From positions 2,894,560-2,958,559 of the forward strand of contig OZ253375.1 of the NCBI GenBank assembly GCA_965261005.1: 64,000 bases of DNA. Reading direction: 5' to 3'. Made by a program: the position numbers and the translations under genes. Under the pieces are notes generated by a model. It saw nothing but the letters and a program-made list of their open reading frames with translations, was not told the DNA's origin and searched no databases. Below are positions 25,994-35,042 of the stretch, in pieces (the first letter of the stretch is position 1; each line of letters opens with the position of its first letter). Source of the DNA: Deinococcus sp. (GTDB taxonomy: Bacteria; Deinococcota; Deinococci; Deinococcales; Deinococcaceae).

Positions 25994-26080
25994 CAAGGGA
26001 CTCCTGCCCACCAAAGTAGCGCGTTTTAAGTCTACCCATGAAGTCCACCCAGCTTGAGCTTTGGGCTTGAGCCTTGGGCG

Positions 26081-26263
26081 TCAGCTCGGGGCGCCGGCTT
26101 CCCGGCGAACCGTTTCTTGGCGCACCAAGGGGGCGACCCGCGTGCCGAGCAGCTCGATGGCGCGCATCACCTGCGCGTGGGGCAGCGTGCCGACGCTGAG
26201 TTGGATCAGGCAGCGCTGGTGGTGAAAGAGGTCGTGCTGAAACAAGACCTTTTCGGAAGTCAC
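26081..26263 (-). pseudogene. C-terminal fragment of an LLM-class flavin oxidoreductase
   Basis: [10 protein letters not shown]...[24 protein letters not shown]; 5' part missing, next to an IS remnant. Confidence 0.7.
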
Positions 26264-26303
26264 GGTCGCGCGCCTTGCTGGCCGACGTTCCCGACAAAGC
26301 CGA

Positions 26304-26561
26304 GTGTGTATGGGGGATAAAGGGGATCAGGGGGCGGGGGTGGATGTGCCGCCCAAAAAGAACTTGAAAAAACAGTGGCCCTGGACCGAGCTGATGAAGG
26401 CCGCCAGACAGCTGATCGAGGGCGTGTTCTCCAGCTTGGTGCGGACCAAACACCTCGACTTGCCGCAACTCAACTCCTTCTGGTCCATCCGCGCTTACGT
26501 CTGCCGCAACATCGCGGCCCATAACCTTGCCCTCGTCCACTGATCCTTGAGCACTCGGGGT
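26304..26561 (+). mobile_element. IS982-family transposase 3' fragment and element end
   Basis: GDKG..G, PKKN, RQLIEGVFSSL motifs; the end reads ACCCCGAGTG on the minus strand (IS982 ends begin ACCC). Confidence 0.65.
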
Positions 26562-26671
26562 TAACATAGGTTGGAATTAAAGCAATCCCGTATGACGTGC
26601 TGCGCGTGGACGGTGGCAAGCACATATTGGCAAGACGAGCACGCTGGTCAGAGCGGCGACCGGGAAGATAT

Positions 26672-27564
26672 TAGACCTCTTGCGAAAGTCGTGGGTTAAG
26701 CTCAAGGGGTGGAGCGAGATCGCCTGAGACGGACACTGAAGATGAACCGCAAGCAGTTCCGCCGACGCACCGGGGTGTATCCCGAAACCTTCGCCCAGAT
26801 GGAAGCGGTGCTGATCGAGCGAGAAGGACAGAAGAAGAAATCTGGTCGTCCAGCCGCGCTCAGGGTGGCTGAACAACTTCTGATGACACTGGAATTCTGG
26901 CGCGAGTACCGCACCTTCGCGCACCTGGGTGACGACTGGGGCGTCCATGAGACCACGGTGCACCGCACGGTGGAACGTGTCGAAGAAGCCCTGATCGCCA
27001 GCCAGCAGTTCCAGATGCCTAGAAAGCGCGTGTTCCAGCAAGCGCAGACGGTCTACAGCATCGTGGCCGTCGATGCGTCCGAAGTGCCGTGTGAACGACC
27101 CAAAAAAAGCAGCGCCGCTGGTACAGCGGCAAGAAGAAGCGGCACACCTTGAAGTTCCAAGTCCTGATCTGTACCGTGACTCAGCACATCCTGGGCACGG
27201 CGACGAGTGCTGGAGCCATCCATGATCTCAAGCTGTTTCGGCAGTCTGGGGTACGGTTTCCTCATGACACGGCCCTGATCGGGGATGCGGGGTATCAGGG
27301 TTTGTGGAGAAGCCACGGGCACGCCATCACCACGCATAAGGCGACCAAGTCCAAGCCGTTGACCAAAGAGCAGCGTCGAGAAAACCGGGTGCTGGCCTAT
27401 ACCCGCCAAGGAATCGAACACGTCATCCGTCGCATGAAGGTCTTTCGGGTGCTCAAGGGCGTCTACCGACATCGGCGGCGTCGCTTTGCCCTTCGGGTTC
27501 AGCTCATCGCCGCCCTCTGTAACCTTACCCGCGCCCAACCCTCCTGACTTTCGCAAGAGGTCTA
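26672..27564 (+). mobile_element. IS5-family (ISL2-like) element, apparently intact
   Basis: Perfect inverted repeats TAGACCTCTTGCGAAAGTC / GACTTTCGCAAGAGGTCTA (terminal TA probably the target duplication). Confidence 0.92.
26709..27547 (+). CDS. IS5 transposase, orfA (26709-27152) plus orfB joined by a -1 frameshift
   Basis: A AAA AAG slippery site at 27102-27109; -1 frame reads KQRRWYSGKKKRHTLK...GDAGYQG...IEHVIRRMK. Confidence 0.88.
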
Positions 27565-27723
27565 ATGGCTCGACTGATGGGACGACGAGTATCAGCAACC
27601 AGGACTTTGTTTTTGTCCTGAACAAATGCAAAACACAGCTTACCGTCTCTAGGACGAGCGACTTGAAATTTCTAAACAAAAGTTTAACCAAGTAATAGAG
27701 AGGGGTGGTCGCAACTTCTAATC

Positions 27724-27898
27724 TGAGCTTCGCGGCGGCCCGCAATCTGGTCAACGGGGGCAGCCTAGCCGAGCCGATTGATGGCGCCGCCGAAGCGCTC
27801 TACCTGCGGCTTCGGCAGCTTCAACCCTTCTTGGACCTACAAAACCTGGAGCAACCACAGCCACCGAGCGAGCTTGCACAGGGCATCGTCAAGATAGC
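27724..27898 (+). repeat. Orphan copy of an internal segment of the DUF4157 toxin gene (matches about 52798-52972)
   Basis: Near-identical DNA encoding LSFAAARNLVNGGSLAEPI.GAAEALYLRLRQLQPFLD.QN..Q.QPP.ELAQ. Confidence 0.9.
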
Positions 27899-27953
27899 CA
27901 CCTTTGACGCGCTCATCCGCCGTTTTCCGCAGCGGTAATCAAGGGGAACTGCA

Positions 27954-28742
27954 ATGCTCACCTCACTCTTTCCACGGCTTTTCTTGGCTACGTTGTGCCT
28001 TTCGCTCTCCGTTGTCAGTGTCGCGAGCAGCGTCGACTCCGCCGCTTGGCAGCGCGCCGCCGGCGCGTATACCATCAAGCTCGACAACGGCGATATAACC
28101 GTCCTCAAAGGCGGGAAGGTCGTGTTCTCGGCGAGGGGGCAGGCAGCGAAGTACGTCCCACCCAGCTTCGTGCTGACGCGCGGTAGACAGGACGAGATGG
28201 GCTGTCTGATCGAGGTGGCTTACACGCCGCTTTCCCTGGTGGGAGACGTGCTGAGTTACCAGCGCACCTACCGCAGCGTACCCGGCGAGTGCCCCGAGCT
28301 GCTGCGCGACACGGGAACGGTCGCCCTCAAAAGCGTGAATTTGCATACCCTAGCCCCCGAGAAGATCGTCAACCTCTTCCCGGAGGCAGCCGTATTGGGT
28401 GCCTTGCGCCGCGACGCCTTCATACGGCGGCTGGCCTCGGCGGACGTGAAGACCACCACGCTCGCTGGGTTAGGGCAGCTTCTGGCACGACAGGAGGACT
28501 GCTCGGCGCGCTTCACGCCGGACGCGGGGTTTGGCTTTCACCATCTGAAGGGCAACCTGGTGGCAGTACGGCTCGGCCTAGCCTACAGTTGTCCCAGTCT
28601 TGCAGACGACCCCAAGGTGACGCAACTGGGATTGCTGCTGAGGGCGCCGGCCGCGCTGAAGAAAGCTCTCGCCCAAGGCGTGCTGATGAATGATATGCCA
28701 AACAGCAGCGTCATCTTCGACTTCGTGCCGGCCAAGCCGTAA
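27954..28742 (+). CDS. Secreted protein, paralogue of 31207..31887 (orphan candidate immunity protein)
   Basis: Signal peptide; shares LF.E..V..AL..D....(R/K) and VAVRLGL.YS...QLGLLL.AP motifs with 31207..31887; AAGGGG RBS. Confidence 0.75.
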   Translation: MLTSLFPRLFLATLCLSLSVVSVASSVDSAAWQRAAGAYTIKLDNGDITVLKGGKVVFSARGQAAKYVPPSFVLTRGRQDEMGCLIEVAYTPLSLVGDVLSYQRTYRSVPGECPELLRDTGTVALKSVNLHTLAPEKIVNLFPEAAVLGALRRDAFIRRLASADVKTTTLAGLGQLLARQEDCSARFTPDAGFGFHHLKGNLVAVRLGLAYSCPSLADDPKVTQLGLLLRAPAALKKALAQGVLMNDMPNSSVIFDFVPAKP

Positions 28743-28772
28743 ACCTTGGCATCTAACAGCAAGGCACGGACG

Positions 28773-28815
28773 AAAAAAGGGGCAGGAGAGGGCCGGCACA
28801 TGCCAGCCCTCTCCT
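28773..28815 (-). terminator. Terminator between convergent genes
   Basis: AGGAGAGGGC..GCA/TGC..GCCCTCTCCT hairpin with an A-tract on the + strand. Confidence 0.65.
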
Positions 28816-28819
28816 CTTT

Positions 28820-29133
28820 CAGATTCAGCGAAAGGTCTTGACCCAGTCCAGAATCGCCTGGTTGCTGGCGTCGGCATTTTCGTAGATGGCGGCGTGGGCT
28901 GCGCCGGGGATGATGGCGAGCTTGGCGTTCGGAATCGCCTTTTGCAGCATCTGTGATACGGCGACGGGATAGATGCTGTCCTGCTCGCCCACCAGCACCA
29001 GGGTGGGCACCTTGATCTGGTTCAGCAGCGAGCTGTAGTCCGGGCGGTTGGCGAGGGCGTAGGCGCCCCCGATGGCCGCCTGCACCGAGGCCCGCCGAAT
29101 GATGGCCGACAGGTAGCTCACCTGGGCGGGCTG
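28820..29133 (-). repeat. Copy 1 of a 314-bp inverted duplication (3' end of the hydrolase)
   Basis: Reverse complement of 34689-35002; one synonymous difference seen. Confidence 0.95.
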
Positions 29134-29739
29134 GTTCAGGCGGGTGGGGCCGCTGAGCATGTCCTTGATCAGGACCGGGACCAGCGAGTCCACGCCCTTT
29201 TGCGCGGCCTGGTCGGCCACGCCGCGCCACAAGCCGGCCTCGGCGGGATTGGCGGCGGCGGCGATGGTGTCAATCAGAATCAAACCGGAAAAGCGCTGCG
29301 GCGCGCGCTTGTACATCTCCAGCACGGTTGGGCCGCCCATGCTCATGCCGCCGATGATGGCCTGTTGCACGCCCAGGCGGTCCATCACGGCCAGCGCATC
29401 TTGGGCATAGGTGCTGATCATGCTGGGCACGTTGGGGGCCACGCTCCTGCCGTAGCCGCGCAAGTCGAGCGTGATGACCTTGTAGCCGGCGGCGGCCAGG
29501 GCGGCCCGGTTGCGCGAAAACAGGTCGCCGGACAGCGGGTAGCCGTGGATGAGCAGCATCGGCTGTCCGGTGCCCTGCACTTGATAAAAAATCCGGGCGC
29601 CGTTCACGTCGAGGGAGCCGCTTTGCGCCTGGGTTTGGGCCTGAACCGTCTGCGGGGTGGCGCTTTGGGCGAGGGCGGGCGCGCTCAGGCACAGGGCGGC
29701 GAACAGGGAAAGCTTGAGGGGCTTGAGGTGTGGCGTCAC
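28825..29739 (-). CDS. Secreted alpha/beta hydrolase
   Basis: Signal peptide, LIHGYP, DLRGYGRS, GMSMGG nucleophile elbow, GEQD, GAAH. Confidence 0.9.
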   Translation of the reverse strand: MTPHLKPLKLSLFAALCLSAPALAQSATPQTVQAQTQAQSGSLDVNGARIFYQVQGTGQPMLLIHGYPLSGDLFSRNRAALAAAGYKVITLDLRGYGRSVAPNVPSMISTYAQDALAVMDRLGVQQAIIGGMSMGGPTVLEMYKRAPQRFSGLILIDTIAAAANPAEAGLWRGVADQAAQKGVDSLVPVLIKDMLSGPTRLNQPAQVSYLSAIIRRASVQAAIGGAYALANRPDYSSLLNQIKVPTLVLVGEQDSIYPVAVSQMLQKAIPNAKLAIIPGAAHAAIYENADASNQAILDWVKTFR

Positions 29740-30020
29740 GTTGGAACTCCTTTGGCGGTCAAGCTCAGTCTTGAACTGGCCCCTCAGTTCAGCGCCCGGG
29801 CGTGAGTTGCCTGAGATGTCCGGGTCAAGCGGCCTACACCCGATTTAAGGGAAGCTTTGAGGAATGAAGGCCCGCTTCAATTGGGGTCGCGCCGGGCGGA
29901 TAAGGTTGGGACAAGGTTGTGTGACACGAGGAGAGACAGCAGAGCCGGGGCAAACTGTGGTTGATGAGTACCCAGTTCCCCGGCACTGCTGACGCTCCCC
30001 TTCGCGCGCTCGTCGCGCAA

Positions 30021-30914
30021 TAGACCTCCTGCGAAAGTAGAGGGCTAAAGTGGGGAGAGATGGCACACGCGAACTACGAGCAGACGATGCAGTTGAACAG
30101 GACGAGTTTTCGTCGACGTACCGGGGTGTATTTAGAGACCTACCAGCAGATGCTGTCGGTGTTGGAAGCGCGCGAGCAGCACAAGAAGAAGTCGGGGCGT
30201 CCCGGCGCCTTGACCCTGGGCGAGCAACTGTTGCTGACGCTGATGTTCTGGCGTGAGTACCGCACCTTCTTTCATTTGGGCCAGGACTGGGGCGTCCACG
30301 AAACCACCGCACAAAGGACGGTGGAGCGGGTCGAAGACGCCTTGCTCGCCAGCGGCCAGTTCTCACTCCCCGGCAAGGCGGCCCTCAAAGACAACGGAAC
30401 CGTGTGGACGGCCGTACTGGTGGACGTGAGCGAAGTCCCTTGCGAACGGCCAAAAAAAACAGCGGCGCTGGTACAGCGGTAAGAAAAAGCGCCATACCAT
30501 CAAGGCTTAACTGCTGCTTTCTCCCGTCACCAAAGTGATCATCTGCACCGCGACAAGTTGCGGGAAAACGCACGACCTGACCCTGTTCCATCAGCCGAAG
30601 ACGGCCATTCATCCTGAAACCGAATTGATTGCGGACGCGGGCTACCAGGGCGTTCAACGAGACCACAAAAACGCGCATACCCCCCACAAAGCCAGCAAGC
30701 GCCGCGCCCTCACCTCGCAACAGCGCCGGGAAAACCGTGCGCTGGCGCGTGTTCGCTTGACTGTCGAGCATGTCATCCGCCGGCTCAAGGTCTTTCGCGT
30801 CCTCAAGGAAACCTACCGTCACCGCAGACGCCGCTTCCTGTTGCGCCTCAACCTCCTCGCCGCCCTCCACAACGCCATGCTCCCCGGCTCAGCTTGACTT
30901 TCGCAGGAGGTCTA
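30021..30914 (+). mobile_element. Second IS5-family (ISL2-like) element with a nonsense mutation
   Basis: Inverted repeats TAGACCTCCTGCGAAAGT / ACTTTCGCAGGAGGTCTA; A8 slippery site at 30452-30459; in-frame TAA at 30508-30510 in orfB. Confidence 0.9.
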
Positions 30915-31210
30915 TTGAAAATGGTAACTGCCTTGCAGGTATCATCGCGGGTCTTAACCCACTCCTGCTGAGCTTCAATCACCTGATGCTTGAGTACCGA
31001 GGCGGTCTTCAAAGTGCCGATCATTCCGTCGATGCGCTTCAATAAAGCTTTGTAGACCTTGTTAAGCTGAATGTCGGCAGATTTAAATTGGTTCGCTGAG
31101 CATACTAGGAAGTTATCGCTGTCATAGCAATCGGCCTTCAGAGTAGTCTGGGCCAGGACTCGATTCGAGACGGCCACGGTAAGGAACACCACAGGCCAAT
31201 GCCAGGTCAT
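30913..31210 (-). pseudogene. LprI/DUF1311 lysozyme-inhibitor family protein, truncated by IS5
   Basis: Signal peptide; C....C....F..AD..LNKVY..LL and AQQEWVKTRD..C; the reading frame runs into the IS end. Confidence 0.75.
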
Positions 31211-31887
31211 GGCAACAAGCTCGTTTGTCTCTTGAGAGTTTGCATCAGTAGACCTTTGTTCTGCCCAGCTTTCAGTGTGGATAGCAAGGCGGGGGGGGCG
31301 GGTAACAGCAGCCCCAGTTGGTCGAAACCAAAATTACAGGTTTGGCTCGGCGAGTACGGCAAACCTAAGCGCACGGCCACCTTGTCGCCCTGCACAGCAT
31401 AAAGCGCGAAGTTCGTCAGCCCCTCGCGGTCCAGATTGGTGCAGCCGGGTTTGCCCTGCCCATAATCGTCCAACAGCTCATCCAATGAGGTCGGATGTTG
31501 CCCAACCAACACCTTTTTTACGTAAGGGTCCATCTTCAACGCCTGAAATACATCTTGTTCTTTGAAGAGGTCCAGTAAGCTCACCGGGCGACCTGTATCT
31601 AGGTCAAACGTAGCGAAGGCCAGCAGAACCGCTGGACTGGCGTAGCAGTTGTTCTCGGTATTGGTGTACACGCTGGTATATGGCGGCGCCACGGCCAGCA
31701 CCGCGCCCAGCACCTTCGACTGTTCCCCATTCGCGCAACGTTTCGGCTGAGCGTACAGGGTGATGGCGTGTCCGGCCCGGCTGGTGGTGGCCTGTTGAGG
31801 AGTCCACCGGGTGGTCCAGCCGTTGATATGTACGGTGGCGGCCTGGGCGGTCCCCCATAGCAGCATGACAATGGGCCATACCCTCAC
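31207..31887 (-). CDS. Secreted candidate immunity protein (RsiV/DUF3298-like motif)
   Basis: Signal peptide ending AQA; TFDLDTGRPVSLLDLF; start overlaps the toxin stop (GTGA). Confidence 0.7.
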   Translation of the reverse strand: MRVWPIVMLLWGTAQAATVHINGWTTRWTPQQATTSRAGHAITLYAQPKRCANGEQSKVLGAVLAVAPPYTSVYTNTENNCYASPAVLLAFATFDLDTGRPVSLLDLFKEQDVFQALKMDPYVKKVLVGQHPTSLDELLDDYGQGKPGCTNLDREGLTNFALYAVQGDKVAVRLGLPYSPSQTCNFGFDQLGLLLPAPPALLSTLKAGQNKGLLMQTLKRQTSLLP

Positions 31888-34346
31888 GGTTTCTCCTCGT
31901 GCGGCTCCATCACCGGTATATTTTTCAGTTTCTCGTAGATAGCGGCGGTGACGCGACCTACTACGGCGGTGTCAAATGGGCCAACGTAGTGGAGCCGGGC
32001 GTCGGTGAAGGTGCTGGCGTTCAAGCGTTTGCCCTGTAAGAAGTCCTCCAAGGAACCGGCCTTGGTATATAGGCCCTGCGACACCCCTTGTACCAGGGCA
32101 CGCACAGCGATGTCCGGTCGGTTCATGGCGTCAGGGTCGTCCGTGAAGTTAATGGGGTGCCCCTGGTCGTCCTGAACAGTGCTGGAGAGGCGTTTGGTCC
32201 ACTCAGCGTAGTGGCTGCGCCCGGTAATTTGTACCAGACCGCGTCCACGAAAACGGTAGCCGTCGCCGCTGGCCTCGTTGCCGTTTCCGAGTTTGTTGGC
32301 GTACACATGGTTACCAAAGCGCTCGGGGTTGCGGGCATAAGGCTCGGCGGAGGCGACAGTTGGGAACCGGCCCGGAAAGACGAGGTGCGCCCGTTCGGCG
32401 GTGTAGTACATCCCCTCGGTCTTAGGATGCAGGCCGGATTCATGGCTGGCGTTGGCGAGCATCACGGCGATCTCGGCGGGATTAATGACGCCCTCCCGTA
32501 CCGCCTCCGCGATAATCTTGGGCACGTAGACCTCCACGTTGGCTTTGGACGGTGCTTGATTCGCGTCCAGTCGCCGGGTGGCGTCCAGTACCGCCTGTTG
32601 CGCCGTCTGCACGAAGACCTGCGATATCACGGGCTGTAATTGGGGACCGCTGGGTTGCTGAGCTGGCGGGTTCCGTCCGGGCGGCATCGGTACCGGCCCT
32701 AATTTTGGCTGTGGTGGCGCTTTGGACGCGGTCTGCGGTTTTGGAGCGCGGCCGGGAACGGGACGGCCCGCTGCGTCTATCAGGTGCAGCGCACCTTGAT
32801 AGGCGTGGGGGTGGACACTCTCAGCGCTGGGGGTCCAGGTGAGCGCGAGCGTCACGCCGTCCGGACTTAAAGTGCCACTGAGCCGGCCGCTCAGATGATC
32901 GCCGTCGTATTCGAGCAGGTTCAGTTTGCCTTGGGCGTCGATGCTGCCGCTCAAGGTGAGCTGTCCTTTGCCGTAGCTGTACGCGCCGTCGATATTTTGG
33001 TTCGTGCGCGACAGGGTTGCCTCAATGGCCTTGCCGGCAAGGGTGCCGGAGAAGACGCGCGTCCACAGGGGAACGTGCAGCAAGTCGAAGGGTGACGTGG
33101 GAGGTGCTACCTGGCGTTGCAGGGCGGTTATAGGAGGGGCACTCCGGCCGACCTGTACCGCCGCATCGTCCGTTTTCCAAGCGCCGAGCGTGGTGTCGTG
33201 AGAAACGCTTTGTGTAAAGCGTTTGCCCGCGTCCCGCGCCTCCTGCTCCAGAGCGGGGTCGGGGTCAATGCCCTTGCCCGTCACCTTCCCTTGCGCCTGC
33301 TGATAGGTGTGCGTCACCTCGTGGGCCAGCAGCTCTTGCCCCTCGGCGCTCTCGGTGTCCAGCTTGCCTTGCTGAAAGAAGATGTTCGTCCCGGTAGTGG
33401 CGGCGATGGCCTGAACCGACTTGGCGAAGCTATGGGCGGCAGGGTCGGCGTGGACCCGCACCGTTTGCAAGTGTTCTCTCGGAATGTTCAGCCCCACTTC
33501 CAATTGCCGCTGTACCGCGAGAGGCAGGGGTTGACCGCTGCCCCTCGGGATCGCTTGGGGAGCAAGGGCGTCTTCCTCTGTCAGCTTCCGTTGCAAGGCG
33601 TGCAGTTCCAGCGCCTTCTGATCCTGCGCTTGGAATTGCTGATGCTCTTGTTCAGCCTCGTCCAGCGCTCTCTGCACCGAAGGCCGCTCACCGGCGGGTA
33701 AACGTTGCAGGACGACCTGTGCCACGTGTTTCCCTTGCGGCTGGCGTTGCACCAGGGCCAAGCTCTGCCCCAGCTCGGCGTAACGCTGGATGGTGGGGGA
33801 AGTGTCGCTTCGGAAGCGCTGCGCCAAGTCCTGCGCTGCCCGCTGCTGAATGGTCGGCCAGGCGGACATGGAGACGAAGCCGCTGTGCTGGTCGGCCTGC
33901 CGTTGCAACGACACCGCTTCATGGGCGTAGCGCTGGGCGTGGTCGGCGTAGGAAGGCTGTGACCTCGTCGGACCGCTGAAGATGGGGGGCAAGGCCGGCA
34001 CCCCAGCTTGCTCGGCCTGACGTTGTAGCGCGGCTTGCAGGGCGTCCCTGGGCAGGTCGTGTTCCAGTTCGGCGATCTGACGCTGCAAAGCCAACTGCGA
34101 TTGCTGACGCTGCAAGACCAAGGTGCGTTGGACCTGAGCCGCTTCGAGGACTGGGGCGGCGCTTGAACGCTGGGCGACGGCTGGTGTTGCGAAAAACTGC
34201 TGGTAACGCTCAAGGGTGCGCTGTTGCAGGTCAAGCTGGATGGCGGCCTGATCCGGGACTGGCAGCGGGGGGATGTAGCTGATCTGCGGCGCTGCGGCTG
34301 ACCTCTGCTGACCTTGCTTGCGCTCCTCGTAATCGGAATCGGACAT
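31884..34346 (-). CDS. DUF4157 (eCIS core) protein with C-terminal GH19-like peptidoglycan hydrolase
   Basis: GQPLP...VRVH...A.A.T.G.NIFF...LLAHEVTHTYQQ; then HESG, YANKLGNG...GDGYRFRGRGLVQITGRSHY; AGGAGG RBS. Confidence 0.85.
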   Translation of the reverse strand: MSDSDYEERKQGQQRSAAAPQISYIPPLPVPDQAAIQLDLQQRTLERYQQFFATPAVAQRSSAAPVLEAAQVQRTLVLQRQQSQLALQRQIAELEHDLPRDALQAALQRQAEQAGVPALPPIFSGPTRSQPSYADHAQRYAHEAVSLQRQADQHSGFVSMSAWPTIQQRAAQDLAQRFRSDTSPTIQRYAELGQSLALVQRQPQGKHVAQVVLQRLPAGERPSVQRALDEAEQEHQQFQAQDQKALELHALQRKLTEEDALAPQAIPRGSGQPLPLAVQRQLEVGLNIPREHLQTVRVHADPAAHSFAKSVQAIAATTGTNIFFQQGKLDTESAEGQELLAHEVTHTYQQAQGKVTGKGIDPDPALEQEARDAGKRFTQSVSHDTTLGAWKTDDAAVQVGRSAPPITALQRQVAPPTSPFDLLHVPLWTRVFSGTLAGKAIEATLSRTNQNIDGAYSYGKGQLTLSGSIDAQGKLNLLEYDGDHLSGRLSGTLSPDGVTLALTWTPSAESVHPHAYQGALHLIDAAGRPVPGRAPKPQTASKAPPQPKLGPVPMPPGRNPPAQQPSGPQLQPVISQVFVQTAQQAVLDATRRLDANQAPSKANVEVYVPKIIAEAVREGVINPAEIAVMLANASHESGLHPKTEGMYYTAERAHLVFPGRFPTVASAEPYARNPERFGNHVYANKLGNGNEASGDGYRFRGRGLVQITGRSHYAEWTKRLSSTVQDDQGHPINFTDDPDAMNRPDIAVRALVQGVSQGLYTKAGSLEDFLQGKRLNASTFTDARLHYVGPFDTAVVGRVTAAIYEKLKNIPVMEPHEEKP

Positions 34347-34688
34347 TCAGACCCTCCTGAGATGCCCTTAGCGTACAAGTTCCGCGCCCGAATGAGGCGC
34401 AATTTCTGTCTTTGCCGAATTTGCCTGACCGATCAATCAGGTTCCGTTTCCTTCTGAAGACGAAGCAAAAAGCGCTTCGGTTCGCCCTACACAATCATCA
34501 TGGCGGCCAGCGAGCTGCACATAGCCGCCGGGTTCAGCCGCCCGTCAGGGCCACAGTTCGCCCACCTCCCACAAGTGGCGCCACGAGCTGGCGCGTTTGG
34601 CGAGGTTGGCGGCGTGGCCGGACAGCTGTAGGCGCGCCGCCGGCGACAGCCCTACCCAGCCGACCGCCGAAAAGCGCCCCAAGCTGAT

Positions 34689-35002
34689 CAGCCCGCCCAG
34701 GTGAGCTACCTGTCGGCCATCATTCGGCGGGCCTCGGTGCAGGCGGCCATCGGGGGCGCCTACGCCCTCGCCAACCGCCCGGACTACAGCTCGCTGCTGA
34801 ACCAGATCAAGGTGCCCACCCTGGTGCTGGTGGGCGAGCAGGACAGCATCTATCCCGTCGCCGTATCACAGATGCTGCAAAAGGCGATTCCGAACGCCAA
34901 GCTCGCCATCATCCCCGGCGCGGCCCACGCCGCCATCTACGAAAATGCCGACGCCAGCAACCAGGCGATTCTGGACTGGGTCAAGACCTTTCGCTGAATC
35001 TG
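34689..35002 (+). repeat. Copy 2 of the 314-bp inverted duplication; partial hydrolase pseudogene (ORF 34701-34997)
   Basis: Encodes the same C-terminal ~100 aa as 28825..29739. Confidence 0.95.
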
Positions 35003-35042
35003 GGTGCGGGATGTGAAGAAGGCCGGCAAATGCCGCCCCTCT

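Noticed and set aside
29845..30020. Continuation of the LprI gene beyond the IS5
   Set aside because: The rejoined frame is open but does not resemble an LprI C-terminus; an adjacent deletion is more likely
31884..32560. GH19-like domain as a prophage endolysin
   Set aside because: No holin, structural or integrase genes nearby; the domain is fused to DUF4157 and followed by secreted partners
34400..34425. Possible RDRM (DdrO box) upstream of toxin 1 (TTCTGTCTTTGCCGAA)
   Set aside because: Spacing and right half fit the 17-bp palindrome poorly
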